From a virus, in IMG/VR virus record IMGVR_UViG_3300024265_000045, positions 1 through 64,000 of that record: a DNA stretch of 64,000 bases; one strand, written 5' to 3'. Positions 54,823 through 63,564 of the stretch are shown here, piece by piece; positions within the stretch are counted from its first letter, which is position 1, and the number at the start of each line of letters is the position of its first letter. The position numbers were made by a program, and so were the translations under genes. The notes under the pieces are model-generated. The model was given only the letters and a program-made list of their open reading frames with translations. It was not told the DNA's origin and searched no databases.

Positions 54823-55223
54823 AGGGAATAAAGAAAGCATTGAAAATGGCAGTAGATGTTGAAATAAATACTATTTTCACTTCAAAAGAGTCCAAGCAAA
54901 TTTTGGATTATATTCTTCAACAAGAGAAAACTTCAGAGCTTCTGGAACAACATGCTCAGATTACAAAGCTCCTAGATAACTCTAACTGTAAATTGGAACT
55001 TAAGGTTCATACAAAGTGTAAGACCACACCTTTCACACTTATTCCTGGAGGAGCATGGCAGAATTTGATTCACGTGGTCAGAGACGCTATGAACTATATC
55101 TTTGAGCAACTCGGAGAGCATGAAGATAATTGCGAATGCGATGAATGTACCCTGTACGATCGTGTAGATTTCATTTACCATATGGTAGTAGATCGTTCTG
55201 ACGAGCTTTGTGATGGCAGATAG
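54819..55223 (+). CDS. Hypothetical protein
   Basis: GGAGG RBS; HEDNCECDEC. Confidence 0.65.
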   Translation: MKGIKKALKMAVDVEINTIFTSKESKQILDYILQQEKTSELLEQHAQITKLLDNSNCKLELKVHTKCKTTPFTLIPGGAWQNLIHVVRDAMNYIFEQLGEHEDNCECDECTLYDRVDFIYHMVVDRSDELCDGR

Positions 55224-55698
55224 AGACGATCTAAGCGATAGACAGCTTGTAGTTGATCTTGAGGGTTTGAAGGAGAAGACTGAATTTGGTATTGAAGCAT
55301 GTAGTCTTCACATACGTCTTGGTTTTACACTGCTGTCGAGATTATCCATGGAGCTTCCTTGGATGTATCACGAATGGAAAGAATGGATGGAATCTTGTGA
55401 AGAAAAGAAACGATTGGAAGCTTTGCTTGAAATTATTGAAGATTTGATTAGGAGATTAAATATGGATAGAAAAAGACCAATGAAGAAGCAGCAATGTGAA
55501 AATGGAAAATGTCAGAATGTGTTCAGACATGAATTTATCCAAATCGGTATGGATTTATTCTGTATCAATTGTTCTGAACGATATATACTAAAATTGCATA
55601 AAAAAATTAAAGGTCTTACAGAGCAGATACGTAGATTGAATGCTCTTCGAGAGGAATTTCCACCTCCGACTTCTATGCAAGGAAATAATAATGGATGA
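55213..55698 (+). CDS. Hypothetical protein with zinc finger
   Basis: CENGKC...CINC. Confidence 0.65.
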   Translation: MADRDDLSDRQLVVDLEGLKEKTEFGIEACSLHIRLGFTLLSRLSMELPWMYHEWKEWMESCEEKKRLEALLEIIEDLIRRLNMDRKRPMKKQQCENGKCQNVFRHEFIQIGMDLFCINCSERYILKLHKKIKGLTEQIRRLNALREEFPPPTSMQGNNNG

Positions 55699-55906
55699 AA
55701 AAGAATTTAAGTTTCGTGCAGAATCAGAGCAAATGGAGTCTGTAGTGGCTGTAGTAGCTGATATTGTATCTGCATATTATATGGCTTTACGAATGAATAA
55801 AGTATCTGAAGAACTTTCACAGAAACTTGTCATTGATTATGCACATATAATGTGGGTCAATGCTATGGGTACTCCTAAGACTTACGATGATAAAGAAAAA
55901 GAATAA
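55691..55906 (+). CDS. Hypothetical protein
   Basis: AAGGA RBS; overlaps neighbours. Confidence 0.6.
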   Translation: MDEKEFKFRAESEQMESVVAVVADIVSAYYMALRMNKVSEELSQKLVIDYAHIMWVNAMGTPKTYDDKEKE

Positions 55907-56310
55907 TGGATAAGACATTTAAAATTGTTAGAGCAACTATAGATAGTGACGATAAATTTGTAAGTTTCTTTTCTGGACCTCATAAGTTAATTTATTCTAC
56001 AGAATTTTACACATTTCCTAAAATTGGATACGTTTTTACTTTTTCCTCCAGAGACTTTGCTGTTCAATTTTTGAAAGAGCAAGTACCTTTACCAGAAATA
56101 GGCTCTCTTTATTCGATATGGTTGTGTCAAGGAACTAAAGTAGAGGATTGCTCTGTGTTCCAAAGAGCTATATCTAGAGTAGATTACGAGATATTTTGGG
56201 AAGACTTTGCTCAAGGAGTTCTGCAGAAAGATGTACGTGTCAATTTCGATTTTGCTCCACTTGGAACAGAGTGGTTCAAAAATTTAAAATTGCTTGAGAG
56301 GATTGAATGA
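55906..56310 (+). CDS. Hypothetical protein
   Basis: TAATG overlap. Confidence 0.65.
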   Translation: MDKTFKIVRATIDSDDKFVSFFSGPHKLIYSTEFYTFPKIGYVFTFSSRDFAVQFLKEQVPLPEIGSLYSIWLCQGTKVEDCSVFQRAISRVDYEIFWEDFAQGVLQKDVRVNFDFAPLGTEWFKNLKLLERIE

Positions 56311-56696
56311 AAAAGAAAAATGTAATTGTGTATAATGAAGAAGTTATTGTTTGTGATAATCATGAAGTATACGGTAATATTCTGGATGATAGAGATAAGG
56401 TAATTTTCTTGGAGATGGCTGTTCTTCAAGATTGGTTGAATTCTCGCCTTCCCAATACCTTTGCTCTCTCTGACATTGCCATGTTGGGAGAAGTTCAAAT
56501 TTATGCGAAAATATTGGCAGAGTCTTATCCAACTTATCAAGTTGCAATTATTTGGAATTGTTCTGTTGAACAGTCAGCTTTATACAAAGATGATTGGGGT
56601 GAAGCTATAGATCAAATTGACTGTGAATTTTCTAGAACTTTCGTAGAAAGAATTCCAAGAATGATAGAGTTGGAACAACTTGTGGAGAAAGAATAA
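56307..56696 (+). CDS. Hypothetical protein
   Basis: ATGA overlap. Confidence 0.65.
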   Translation: MKKKNVIVYNEEVIVCDNHEVYGNILDDRDKVIFLEMAVLQDWLNSRLPNTFALSDIAMLGEVQIYAKILAESYPTYQVAIIWNCSVEQSALYKDDWGEAIDQIDCEFSRTFVERIPRMIELEQLVEKE

Positions 56697-56923
56697 TGAC
56701 TGATAAAAAAGGTTTATACGAAAAATATGAAGTTTTCAAAAATAGAAAACCTGTCAAAGGAGCATTTGTGCTTCTTCCAGAGAAAGACATTCATGCTTTA
56801 TTTGCTTTACGGATGTATGCTGTGGAAGTCAGACATAGTAATCCTATTCTTGCCTCAGATATAGAAGACTGGATAGGTAGATTAATTGCGGAGGAAATTC
56901 GTGACAGTAGTGATGAGGTGTAA
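56696..56923 (+). CDS. Small phage protein
   Basis: GLYEKYEV...FVLLPEKDIHALFALRMYA, a pattern recurrent in phage small proteins. Confidence 0.7.
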   Translation: MTDKKGLYEKYEVFKNRKPVKGAFVLLPEKDIHALFALRMYAVEVRHSNPILASDIEDWIGRLIAEEIRDSSDEV

Positions 56924-57152
56924 TAAATGTAGACGAGAGTCTTTAAATGGAGCTAAACTAGGAAACGATTGGATTGAAATAAAAGTAACAATCAATCACT
57001 GGCATGATCAGGGTAAAGACTACCATGAAAATGAAACCTGGAATGAGCTTGAAGTAATAACGAGACATCTATGTTTGGATTGCGCTGTTGAGATAAGCGG
57101 TCCATTGCAAGCTCTTTGGGATGCTGTATATTGTCGAAAAGGAGGTGAATAG
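56913..57152 (+). CDS. Zinc-finger protein
   Basis: CNKC...HLCLDC. Confidence 0.65.
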   Translation: MRCNKCRRESLNGAKLGNDWIEIKVTINHWHDQGKDYHENETWNELEVITRHLCLDCAVEISGPLQALWDAVYCRKGGE

Positions 57153-57201
57153 AATTACAGACTTTTGAATTAAGTTCATAATTATATAAGGAGAACATAT
57201 A

Positions 57202-57648
57202 ATGAAAAGAACAAAAGTAAAAATCATTTTATCTATACTCATAATATTGGTAGTATTGACAATGACGGCTTCAAGTTGTCAACCATCCTCAGATCAGATC
57301 GTTAATTGGGTAGCTCTTCACACCTGGTTTTTCATTGATAGTACCGAAACTGCCATCAATGGATTTGCTCTGCTTGGTCCGTATGGGATGTCGGCGCAGA
57401 TATCTGTCATCGGAGCTCAAGTTCATGTTAGTCTAACTCAAATGACTCCGGAACATATATTCGGGAATACCTTATGGTACACTCAGCAAGGGTGGGCTAG
57501 ATTTACGTATTGGGGTCTTCCGCTTGCCGTTCAGGAAGCTTTAATTACGGAGATTACATTTTCTATCCCTCTTTATGCTGAAGGAATTTGGTTCATTCCC
57601 TATTTTGAGGGAATGCTTGATTTTGGTCCGGTAGTAACTGACGTGTAA
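57202..57648 (+). CDS. Putative lipoprotein
   Basis: Basic N-terminus, hydrophobic core, TASSC lipobox-like site; followed by a UUCG hairpin. Confidence 0.65.
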   Translation: MKRTKVKIILSILIILVVLTMTASSCQPSSDQIVNWVALHTWFFIDSTETAINGFALLGPYGMSAQISVIGAQVHVSLTQMTPEHIFGNTLWYTQQGWARFTYWGLPLAVQEALITEITFSIPLYAEGIWFIPYFEGMLDFGPVVTDV

Positions 57649-57651
57649 GTA

Positions 57652-57689
57652 CCATTTGAGCTGCTAATTTCGGTTAGCAGTTCAGATGG
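57652..57689 (+). terminator. 17-bp hairpin with UUCG tetraloop
   Basis: CCATTTGAGCTGCTAAT-TTCG-GTTAGCAGTTCAGATGG directly after a stop codon. Confidence 0.6.
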
Positions 57690-57691
57690 AG

Positions 57692-57735
57692 TTTACACAA
57701 AGTTTATGTGTCCAAGACTAGATATTTGTTATAAT
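57692..57735 (+). promoter_or_regulatory. TTTAC-box promoter
   Basis: TTTAC 57692, TTTAT 57703, TATAAT 57730. Confidence 0.78.
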
Positions 57736-57794
57736 AAGTTAGATGGAGTTATAAATGGTAATTCAAGTCAAATGGTTTACAATTGAGGTGAAAG

Positions 57795-58001
57795 ATGACT
57801 AAATTAATGATCATTAATTTTGCTATTCAACAATGTCCGAGTTGTGGCAAGAGACTAATGTATGATAGAGCGGAATATATTAATCATACGAGTCATTCTT
57901 GTGATTGTGGTGTTCGCTTTATTTATGCTGAAAAGGAAGCGATGCTTAAATTGGCTGACAGTATAGAAAGTGATATGAGACATTATGAGGAAAAAGTTTA
58001 A
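57795..58001 (+). CDS. Zinc-ribbon protein
   Basis: CPSCGK...CDCG; GAGGTG RBS. Confidence 0.7.
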   Translation: MTKLMIINFAIQQCPSCGKRLMYDRAEYINHTSHSCDCGVRFIYAEKEAMLKLADSIESDMRHYEEKV

Positions 58002-58003
58002 TT

Positions 58004-58267
58004 ATGAAGACAATATCAATAGATGATAAATGGATTGCTCTTATTGATGAACCTAATCCGTGGGGATCTATAACTAATATGCGTTCTAAGAAAACATATG
58101 CTTGGAAGGCTTATCAACATAAAACTGAAGCGGGAGTTATTTGGATGGAAATCCTGGATGAAAAATTAGAAAAAGCTGGATTATCTGAAAATATAGTGAT
58201 AAAACTTCTTGAGATTGCTAAAAATTGTTTCAAAACTATGGAGGGAGGTGATGGAACTTTTACGTAA
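58004..58267 (+). CDS. Hypothetical protein
   Basis: Coupled ORF. Confidence 0.6.
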   Translation: MKTISIDDKWIALIDEPNPWGSITNMRSKKTYAWKAYQHKTEAGVIWMEILDEKLEKAGLSENIVIKLLEIAKNCFKTMEGGDGTFT

Positions 58268-58303
58268 AGTTTACGGTAATTTGAAGCAGAACCGTGGTAT
58301 ACT
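58259..58303 (+). promoter_or_regulatory. TTTAC-box promoter
   Basis: TTTAC 58259, TTTAC 58270, TATACT 58298. Confidence 0.78.
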
Positions 58304-58364
58304 ATAAATATCCAAAGATGGATTAATTACCAAGATATATTCAAAATGAAAAGGAGATTTAAAA

Positions 58365-58868
58365 ATGGCAACATTGAACAGACTCAAGAATGAGTCAACG
58401 AAAGAACCAAAATCTAAGAAAGAACCAAAGCCCAAGAAAGATCTGGGACCCTGCTGCAAGATTTGTGGGAAGCCTATTAGCGATCCGGTGTCTTTGAAAG
58501 CTGGCGTCGGTCCGCTCTGCCGGTCACGTAATATGACCAAAGAGCAACTCGCTGCAAAACGGCAGGAGCTAACAGTTGAGGAACCGCCCGCAGGGTGGAT
58601 AACAGTTGCTGAGGCAAGCAACTGGTGTCGGAGTGAAGGTATTCCAGTATCCCGCCTGGTTCGTGCTTTTGGCGGAGATCGCTGTGACAAGCCTCCAGTC
58701 AATCCCGACTTCAAGTTAGTCTACTCTGGTCGTTCCCGCTGGATCAGCCCCACTTTCAAGAAATACCGCAATCTTCTGGAAGACCAGTATCTTGGTCAGC
58801 CTAAGCCTGAACGGAAGAAGAAAGCCAAGAAAGAGGGCGACGTTGCAAAAGTGAAGGTGAGTGCGTAA
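58365..58868 (+). CDS. DUF6011-like zinc-finger protein, paralog of 39025-39690
   Basis: CKICGKPISDPVSLKAGVGPLC; IPVSRLVRAFGGD...PP. Confidence 0.8.
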   Translation: MATLNRLKNESTKEPKSKKEPKPKKDLGPCCKICGKPISDPVSLKAGVGPLCRSRNMTKEQLAAKRQELTVEEPPAGWITVAEASNWCRSEGIPVSRLVRAFGGDRCDKPPVNPDFKLVYSGRSRWISPTFKKYRNLLEDQYLGQPKPERKKKAKKEGDVAKVKVSA

Positions 58869-58890
58869 GCTCATCTGATCCTCCGATAAA

Positions 58891-58930
58891 AGTGGGGGAG
58901 CTAGTTTGTGGTCATGCTGGCTTCCCCACT
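58891..58930 (+). other. Intergenic hairpin between stop codon and RBS
   Basis: AGTGGGGGAGCTAGT...GCTGGCTTCCCCACT. Confidence 0.6.
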
Positions 58931-58953
58931 GATATAAAAACAAGGAGTTCAAA

Positions 58954-59187
58954 ATGAACTTCAGAGAAGAAGCAGAAACTGCTTTTAGAATAGTACAAGA
59001 TAACACGGATTTTGATCTGAATAGACTAATTCGTGCAAAACAAATGATACTGAACAAAGTCGAGAGACCGTATAAAACAACACTTGACTTTTGTTCTTGT
59101 TTAGACTTTTACCATAGGAAAGAAGTATGCAAGCATATCCTAGCTTTGACGATGTCCAACATTATGAAGTCTCGTCAGACTGTATGA
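58954..59187 (+). CDS. SWIM zinc-finger protein
   Basis: CSCLDFYHRKEVCKHILAL. Confidence 0.8.
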   Translation: MNFREEAETAFRIVQDNTDFDLNRLIRAKQMILNKVERPYKTTLDFCSCLDFYHRKEVCKHILALTMSNIMKSRQTV

Positions 59188-59417
59188 ATTGGCGAGAAAT
59201 TTCATTTGTGGATACAATTGGATTATTCCTTCAAATGGCTAGTTCGTACGAAGGTCCTCCTGATGGACTAGCTTTCAAAATAATCCATATGGGAATTATC
59301 CTAAAATTATCAAGCAGGATTTTTGTCAGATGTTTGCTAAAATCTCCGGAGCAGGTATTGCCTCCGGAGATTCTAGCAGACATTTGTCTGACTAATTCAA
59401 AAAGGAGAATCAAATGA
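59184..59417 (+). CDS. Hypothetical protein
   Basis: ATGA overlaps on both sides. Confidence 0.55.
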   Translation: MNWREISFVDTIGLFLQMASSYEGPPDGLAFKIIHMGIILKLSSRIFVRCLLKSPEQVLPPEILADICLTNSKRRIK

Positions 59418-59833
59418 GTACTCCCAAATTGACTTCACTGTATTGGGACTGTAATTGTACTGAAAATTATATACATCTACAAGACGTGCGAAGATGTAAA
59501 AAGTGTGGAGCTATTGGAGGTCCAGACTCTCATGCTAAAGAAGTTGAGAGATTTATCAATCCAACCACTACGACTAATGCGTTGAAAAAAGGAGTTCAAA
59601 TTCAACGTAGAGATGGCTGTATGGTTAAGATGATGGACAATAAACGTGGAAATCTCAGGGTTATTAAAATTATGGAGCATCCAGCAAATGCAAACACGGT
59701 AGTTGGAGATATGGGTGCAAATTATGCTCATGATTTTATAAAAGCTCTGATCGAGAATGTCTGGCATACTATAGTTCTAACTGCTAAACAGCAAGATATT
59801 CGTAAAATTGTATCACAGGCTTTGGAGTGGTAA
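59414..59833 (+). CDS. Hypothetical protein with N-terminal Cys cluster
   Basis: AAGGAG RBS; WDCNC...CKKC. Confidence 0.7.
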   Translation: MSTPKLTSLYWDCNCTENYIHLQDVRRCKKCGAIGGPDSHAKEVERFINPTTTTNALKKGVQIQRRDGCMVKMMDNKRGNLRVIKIMEHPANANTVVGDMGANYAHDFIKALIENVWHTIVLTAKQQDIRKIVSQALEW

Positions 59834-59834
59834 T

Positions 59835-60284
59835 ATGAAATTATCTCAAGATGAGCTACTTTTATTAATTGATGCTCTTGCTGCATTGCAGAGAACAAGT
59901 AGGGACGCTAGATCACTAAGAGATAAAATAATCCAGGAGACTGTAGAGTGTAAATTTGATTTGGATTCTACAGTAGATAAAAGAGTGATCAATAGTACAA
60001 GATATGATGAGGAAACAACTTGTGCCAGAACTACTCTGCAGATACGGCAGAGCAATCTACCTGAAGAAATAGAGTTTCGCTCTATGTCAGATAAATTACT
60101 ATTTACTCTTTATACTACTCACTATTTGGGACTGGATGGAATGATTAAAATTGTGATGGGAGATGAATTCTTTTTCTGTTACACGGATGGTGATTTGAAT
60201 AAAAGTCAAAGAACAATGCCATTTCGGAGAGAAATTAATTCAGTTCCTTCTCCAAAACTAAACTTTAACTTTGACGTTAAATAA
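59835..60284 (+). CDS. Hypothetical protein
   Basis: GGAG RBS; starts 1 nt after the previous stop. Confidence 0.65.
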   Translation: MKLSQDELLLLIDALAALQRTSRDARSLRDKIIQETVECKFDLDSTVDKRVINSTRYDEETTCARTTLQIRQSNLPEEIEFRSMSDKLLFTLYTTHYLGLDGMIKIVMGDEFFFCYTDGDLNKSQRTMPFRREINSVPSPKLNFNFDVK

Positions 60285-60286
60285 TT

Positions 60287-60679
60287 ATGAAAAAACCAAT
60301 CGTTATTTATTTTATCATATGTGTCGGATTGATTTTACTAGCCTGCTCAAGTTCTGTAGCTGAAATAACCTTGACAAAAACGGTAACTCTAACAAAGACC
60401 AATACGCCGACACTGACAATGATGCCAACAGCAACGATGATATGTATAACGAAGACATTATCCTCTGAAGGAGCTTGGTTGAAAAATATGGCTGAGCAAG
60501 CATTGGACGAGGCAGTTATTCTTACTCCTGAATGGCATAGAGAATTTTATCTTGGGGCTACGGAACTACCAATTGATTTGGTAGATCCGTTCTACACGAT
60601 ACGGTTAGGAATTGAATTTTTGGATAAGAAAACTATACTGGAAGGAATACAAATGTTGGAGGAACCAATATGCCAATAG
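60287..60679 (+). CDS. Putative lipoprotein with Thr/Pro-rich linker
   Basis: Signal peptide, LLAC lipobox, TLTKTVTLTKTNTPTLTMMPTAT. Confidence 0.7.
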   Translation: MKKPIVIYFIICVGLILLACSSSVAEITLTKTVTLTKTNTPTLTMMPTATMICITKTLSSEGAWLKNMAEQALDEAVILTPEWHREFYLGATELPIDLVDPFYTIRLGIEFLDKKTILEGIQMLEEPICQ

Positions 60680-60879
60680 CTAAATCCAAAGAAGAATATT
60701 TCCATGATTTTTATCTTGTTCCAAACAAACCATTTTTGAAGTTTGGTAACTTATGTTTCACCGCTGTTCCTGGAAAAAGACTTCATTGTAGAACTACAAT
60801 GGATACTTATGGACATGTCAAACATTTGACTATTATATTTGACGAAAATACTAAAATGGAGGAGTGCAATGCAAGTTGA
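60670..60879 (+). CDS. Hypothetical protein
   Basis: GGAGG RBS. Confidence 0.6.
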   Translation: MPIAKSKEEYFHDFYLVPNKPFLKFGNLCFTAVPGKRLHCRTTMDTYGHVKHLTIIFDENTKMEECNAS

Positions 60880-61180
60880 TTTTAAACTGTTCAGACAAAT
60901 AAGGGTTAATGCGGAGCAAATAGATCCAGAAGATTTAGCTTATAATCGACATCTATTGACTGATGGAGTTTGTGGAGTAAAATGTGTTGAAGCTGGTCGG
61001 ATAGATTTATTAACACCAGACCAAGCTGGAGAAGCTCAGAGTATGCTGGAGGAAATAATAATAAATGGAAATATTTTTCAAGGTTCTGTGGAAATATATG
61101 AAAATGGAGCAGTAAACATTTTCGTTCGGAGGCATGGTCTTGGTCATGCTATTGGAGTTATTAGATTACGAAAGGAGTAA
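60869..61180 (+). CDS. Hypothetical protein
   Basis: GGAGGAG RBS. Confidence 0.65.
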   Translation: MQVDFKLFRQIRVNAEQIDPEDLAYNRHLLTDGVCGVKCVEAGRIDLLTPDQAGEAQSMLEEIIINGNIFQGSVEIYENGAVNIFVRRHGLGHAIGVIRLRKE

Positions 61181-61186
61181 AACTAA

Positions 61187-61513
61187 ATGACGGATGAACT
61201 TGAACCTAAACTTAAATTTGAAATGGAGTTTACAGACGATGCGCCACCCATATCATTTCGTGGACACAATCCAGATTACGATGTCATACGAGAAATGCTA
61301 GACAAACTTCCAGACGGTAAGTGGCTAAAAGTCGGAGTTGACAATACTACAGAAGATCGTACTCTTCGGAGTGTCGTAGAAAGTGTTAGAAATACAGCAA
61401 AATCCTGGTTGAAAAAGCAAGAGGAGTTGAAGGAAACTCACAAAATTCAATCAACATCTCAAACCGTAACCATGACTACAGCTTTGATTTGGCTTTCTGT
61501 AATTCCGAAGTAA
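61187..61513 (+). CDS. Hypothetical protein, last gene of the plus-strand block
   Basis: AAGGAG RBS; converges on the minus-strand block. Confidence 0.7.
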   Translation: MTDELEPKLKFEMEFTDDAPPISFRGHNPDYDVIREMLDKLPDGKWLKVGVDNTTEDRTLRSVVESVRNTAKSWLKKQEELKETHKIQSTSQTVTMTTALIWLSVIPK

Positions 61514-61514
61514 G

Positions 61515-62027
61515 TTAAACCGGAAGATTATAAATTTCCGGCAACCATCTATGAAGACCTCTCCTTTTATGGAAGGTCTTCAATTTTTGTATATAGAGGG
61601 AAATAGTTCTGGGGGACAAATTAAGAGTTTCATCAATATCCCCCAAACCCTGTAGAAACTGTAAAGCTATCGGAGCACAATTATGAACTTCACATGTACA
61701 TGGTGGATAAGCTGAGATATCATTACTCCAACAAGTATTGTCACAGGGTTTACCTGATCTGAAATCTGTTAAAGCTGATACAATAACATGTAGAAGTATA
61801 GTACCGGCAGAGTCAATAGATGCCTCTGATAATAATTTTGACTTTTTATACGGAGAAATTACTTTATTCAAATACCATTGGTCAGCACGAAGACAAATGG
61901 TAGTATATGAATTAGAAACAATGTTATTTTCATATAAAAATTTTATGATCTCCTCTTCCGGAAAAGTTGAGTTCATATAAAGTTCTACATAATCTAAGCG
62001 TATATATTTCTTATCCTGATTAGTCAT
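61515..62027 (-). CDS. Hypothetical protein with Cys cluster
   Basis: Convergent stop 1 nt from the 61513 stop. Confidence 0.6.
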   Translation of the reverse strand: MTNQDKKYIRLDYVELYMNSTFPEEEIIKFLYENNIVSNSYTTICLRADQWYLNKVISPYKKSKLLSEASIDSAGTILLHVIVSALTDFRSGKPCDNTCWSNDISAYPPCTCEVHNCAPIALQFLQGLGDIDETLNLSPRTISLYIQKLKTFHKRRGLHRWLPEIYNLPV

Positions 62028-62149
62028 TTTTGCTCTGTACCAGTGTCTAAAAGTAAATTAGTGCTGTAGTACCTGGTTTGCCAATGCGTGTAAATTTGAG
62101 CAAGTTTAGTGCCTTTTTGACCGTATTTTAGGGCTGTGGTGGTGTACAT
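62024..62149 (-). CDS. 41-aa coupled ORF (below the ORF track cutoff)
   Basis: ATG directly after the upstream TAA; its TGA overlaps the next ATG; MYTTTALKYGQKGTKLAQIYTHWQ... Confidence 0.45.
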   Translation of the reverse strand: MYTTTALKYGQKGTKLAQIYTHWQTRYYSTNLLLDTGTEQK

Positions 62150-62872
62150 TTACAATATGTCGTCTAACTTTACTCTTGGATACAATTCTAGCTTTCCGCC
62201 TACAGTAGCATTGAAAATCTTTATTCCAAGTTTTTCAGCCCAATAGATGGTTATTCTGTGAGCAGCTAGGAAGTTTTGAACAGCGACTTCAGGAGAAAAT
62301 GGTATTGCCTGATAGCCAGGATCAAAATGGTTTGGATCAGGTTCATCAGAGGTATAATCGTGTGGAACAATATCTATGTCTGTTCCAACTAGATATAATT
62401 TATAAAATCCCATATAGAATGCTATCTGGAAAACTGTAAGTATACTCGAAGCAAATTTTGAAACTCTACGAGAGATATCATTTGACCAACATTCAATCCC
62501 TGGAATTTCCTCGTACTCTGTAACATCTTTTCCATCACAGTTCATAGGAAACACATGATCATATGGATTGTCGGACCAGTTAAGTTTATTGACAAATGAA
62601 ATTGTTCCAGGATATAAGATCGCATCCATAAATACTTTTCTAGAGGTCACATCTTCAAACTCACTGGCAACGCAGACATAGTAATTCGGTCTCCACGTAG
62701 TTTGAGAATAGATCAGAGATATTTTATTCATAGCAAAGGAACAATCACTAGTCAATTTTTCAAGCGGAGTCTTAAGTAAACTCTTGCCGTTCCCAACTAT
62801 GAATGCTCTTTCTCCACGATGGACATTTCTAAATTTCTGAAGTCTAGGATATATCATAACGTATCTCCCCAA
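62150..62872 (-). CDS. DUF115/Maf-like (MptE-like, sialyltransferase-like) protein
   Basis: RAFIVGNGKSL, WRPNYY, QIAFYMGFYKLYLVGTD, NHF, IFNATVGGKLELYPR. Confidence 0.82.
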   Translation of the reverse strand: MGRYVMIYPRLQKFRNVHRGERAFIVGNGKSLLKTPLEKLTSDCSFAMNKISLIYSQTTWRPNYYVCVASEFEDVTSRKVFMDAILYPGTISFVNKLNWSDNPYDHVFPMNCDGKDVTEYEEIPGIECWSNDISRRVSKFASSILTVFQIAFYMGFYKLYLVGTDIDIVPHDYTSDEPDPNHFDPGYQAIPFSPEVAVQNFLAAHRITIYWAEKLGIKIFNATVGGKLELYPRVKLDDIL

Positions 62873-63564
62873 TATTTACCACTAGCTATAATCGTAGCAT
62901 GAGATGTCCAATCGTAACTGTCGTATGGTTCAACAGTCAAGTTCTCTCTATTTACAAGCAATACTTCGAAATCCCTTTGTAGAAAATGACGAATAATATC
63001 ATCAGGATTACCTGCAGAAGGATGAATTTCTACTATCCAATATCTTACTTCACACATAGAGTTCAATGCTTCAGGAAATAATTCAAATTCTGTACCCTCA
63101 ATGTCAATTTTGATGACATAGATAGGTTTCTCTGCAGCCCAAGAAATACTCTTGAGCCAAGACATCGTTCGAAATCTTCCTGGTTGTTCTCCACACCCCT
63201 GTAGTCGAGAAAGATGTTGCTTCTCCCCCTCGATGAAGCACTCCTGCATAAAATATGGTCTGCCGTATCTACGGAGATTATCAGAGGTATACGTCAAAGC
63301 TATTTTATTACAATCTATCGCAAGTACGGTAGCTCCACACGAAGTGAATACAACAGAATAGTTACCTTGATGACATCCTATATCAATAACCAATCTATCT
63401 TTCATATTGATATTATTTATAACCCATTCATACTCAAGTTTAGTATATGGTTTCAAAGGATAAAACCAGTCAATTGCTTCTTGCGTGAAATATTTATATA
63501 TTATGTCTTTTCCGTCTCTATTGGTAATATCCAAAGATGCAATAAAAGGTAATTGTTCATTCAT
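62854..63564 (-). CDS. FkbM-like SAM-dependent methyltransferase
   Basis: VIDIGCHQG, VIKIDIEGTE, IVEIH. Confidence 0.85.
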   Translation of the reverse strand: MNEQLPFIASLDITNRDGKDIIYKYFTQEAIDWFYPLKPYTKLEYEWVINNINMKDRLVIDIGCHQGNYSVVFTSCGATVLAIDCNKIALTYTSDNLRRYGRPYFMQECFIEGEKQHLSRLQGCGEQPGRFRTMSWLKSISWAAEKPIYVIKIDIEGTEFELFPEALNSMCEVRYWIVEIHPSAGNPDDIIRHFLQRDFEVLLVNRENLTVEPYDSYDWTSHATIIASGKYWGDTL

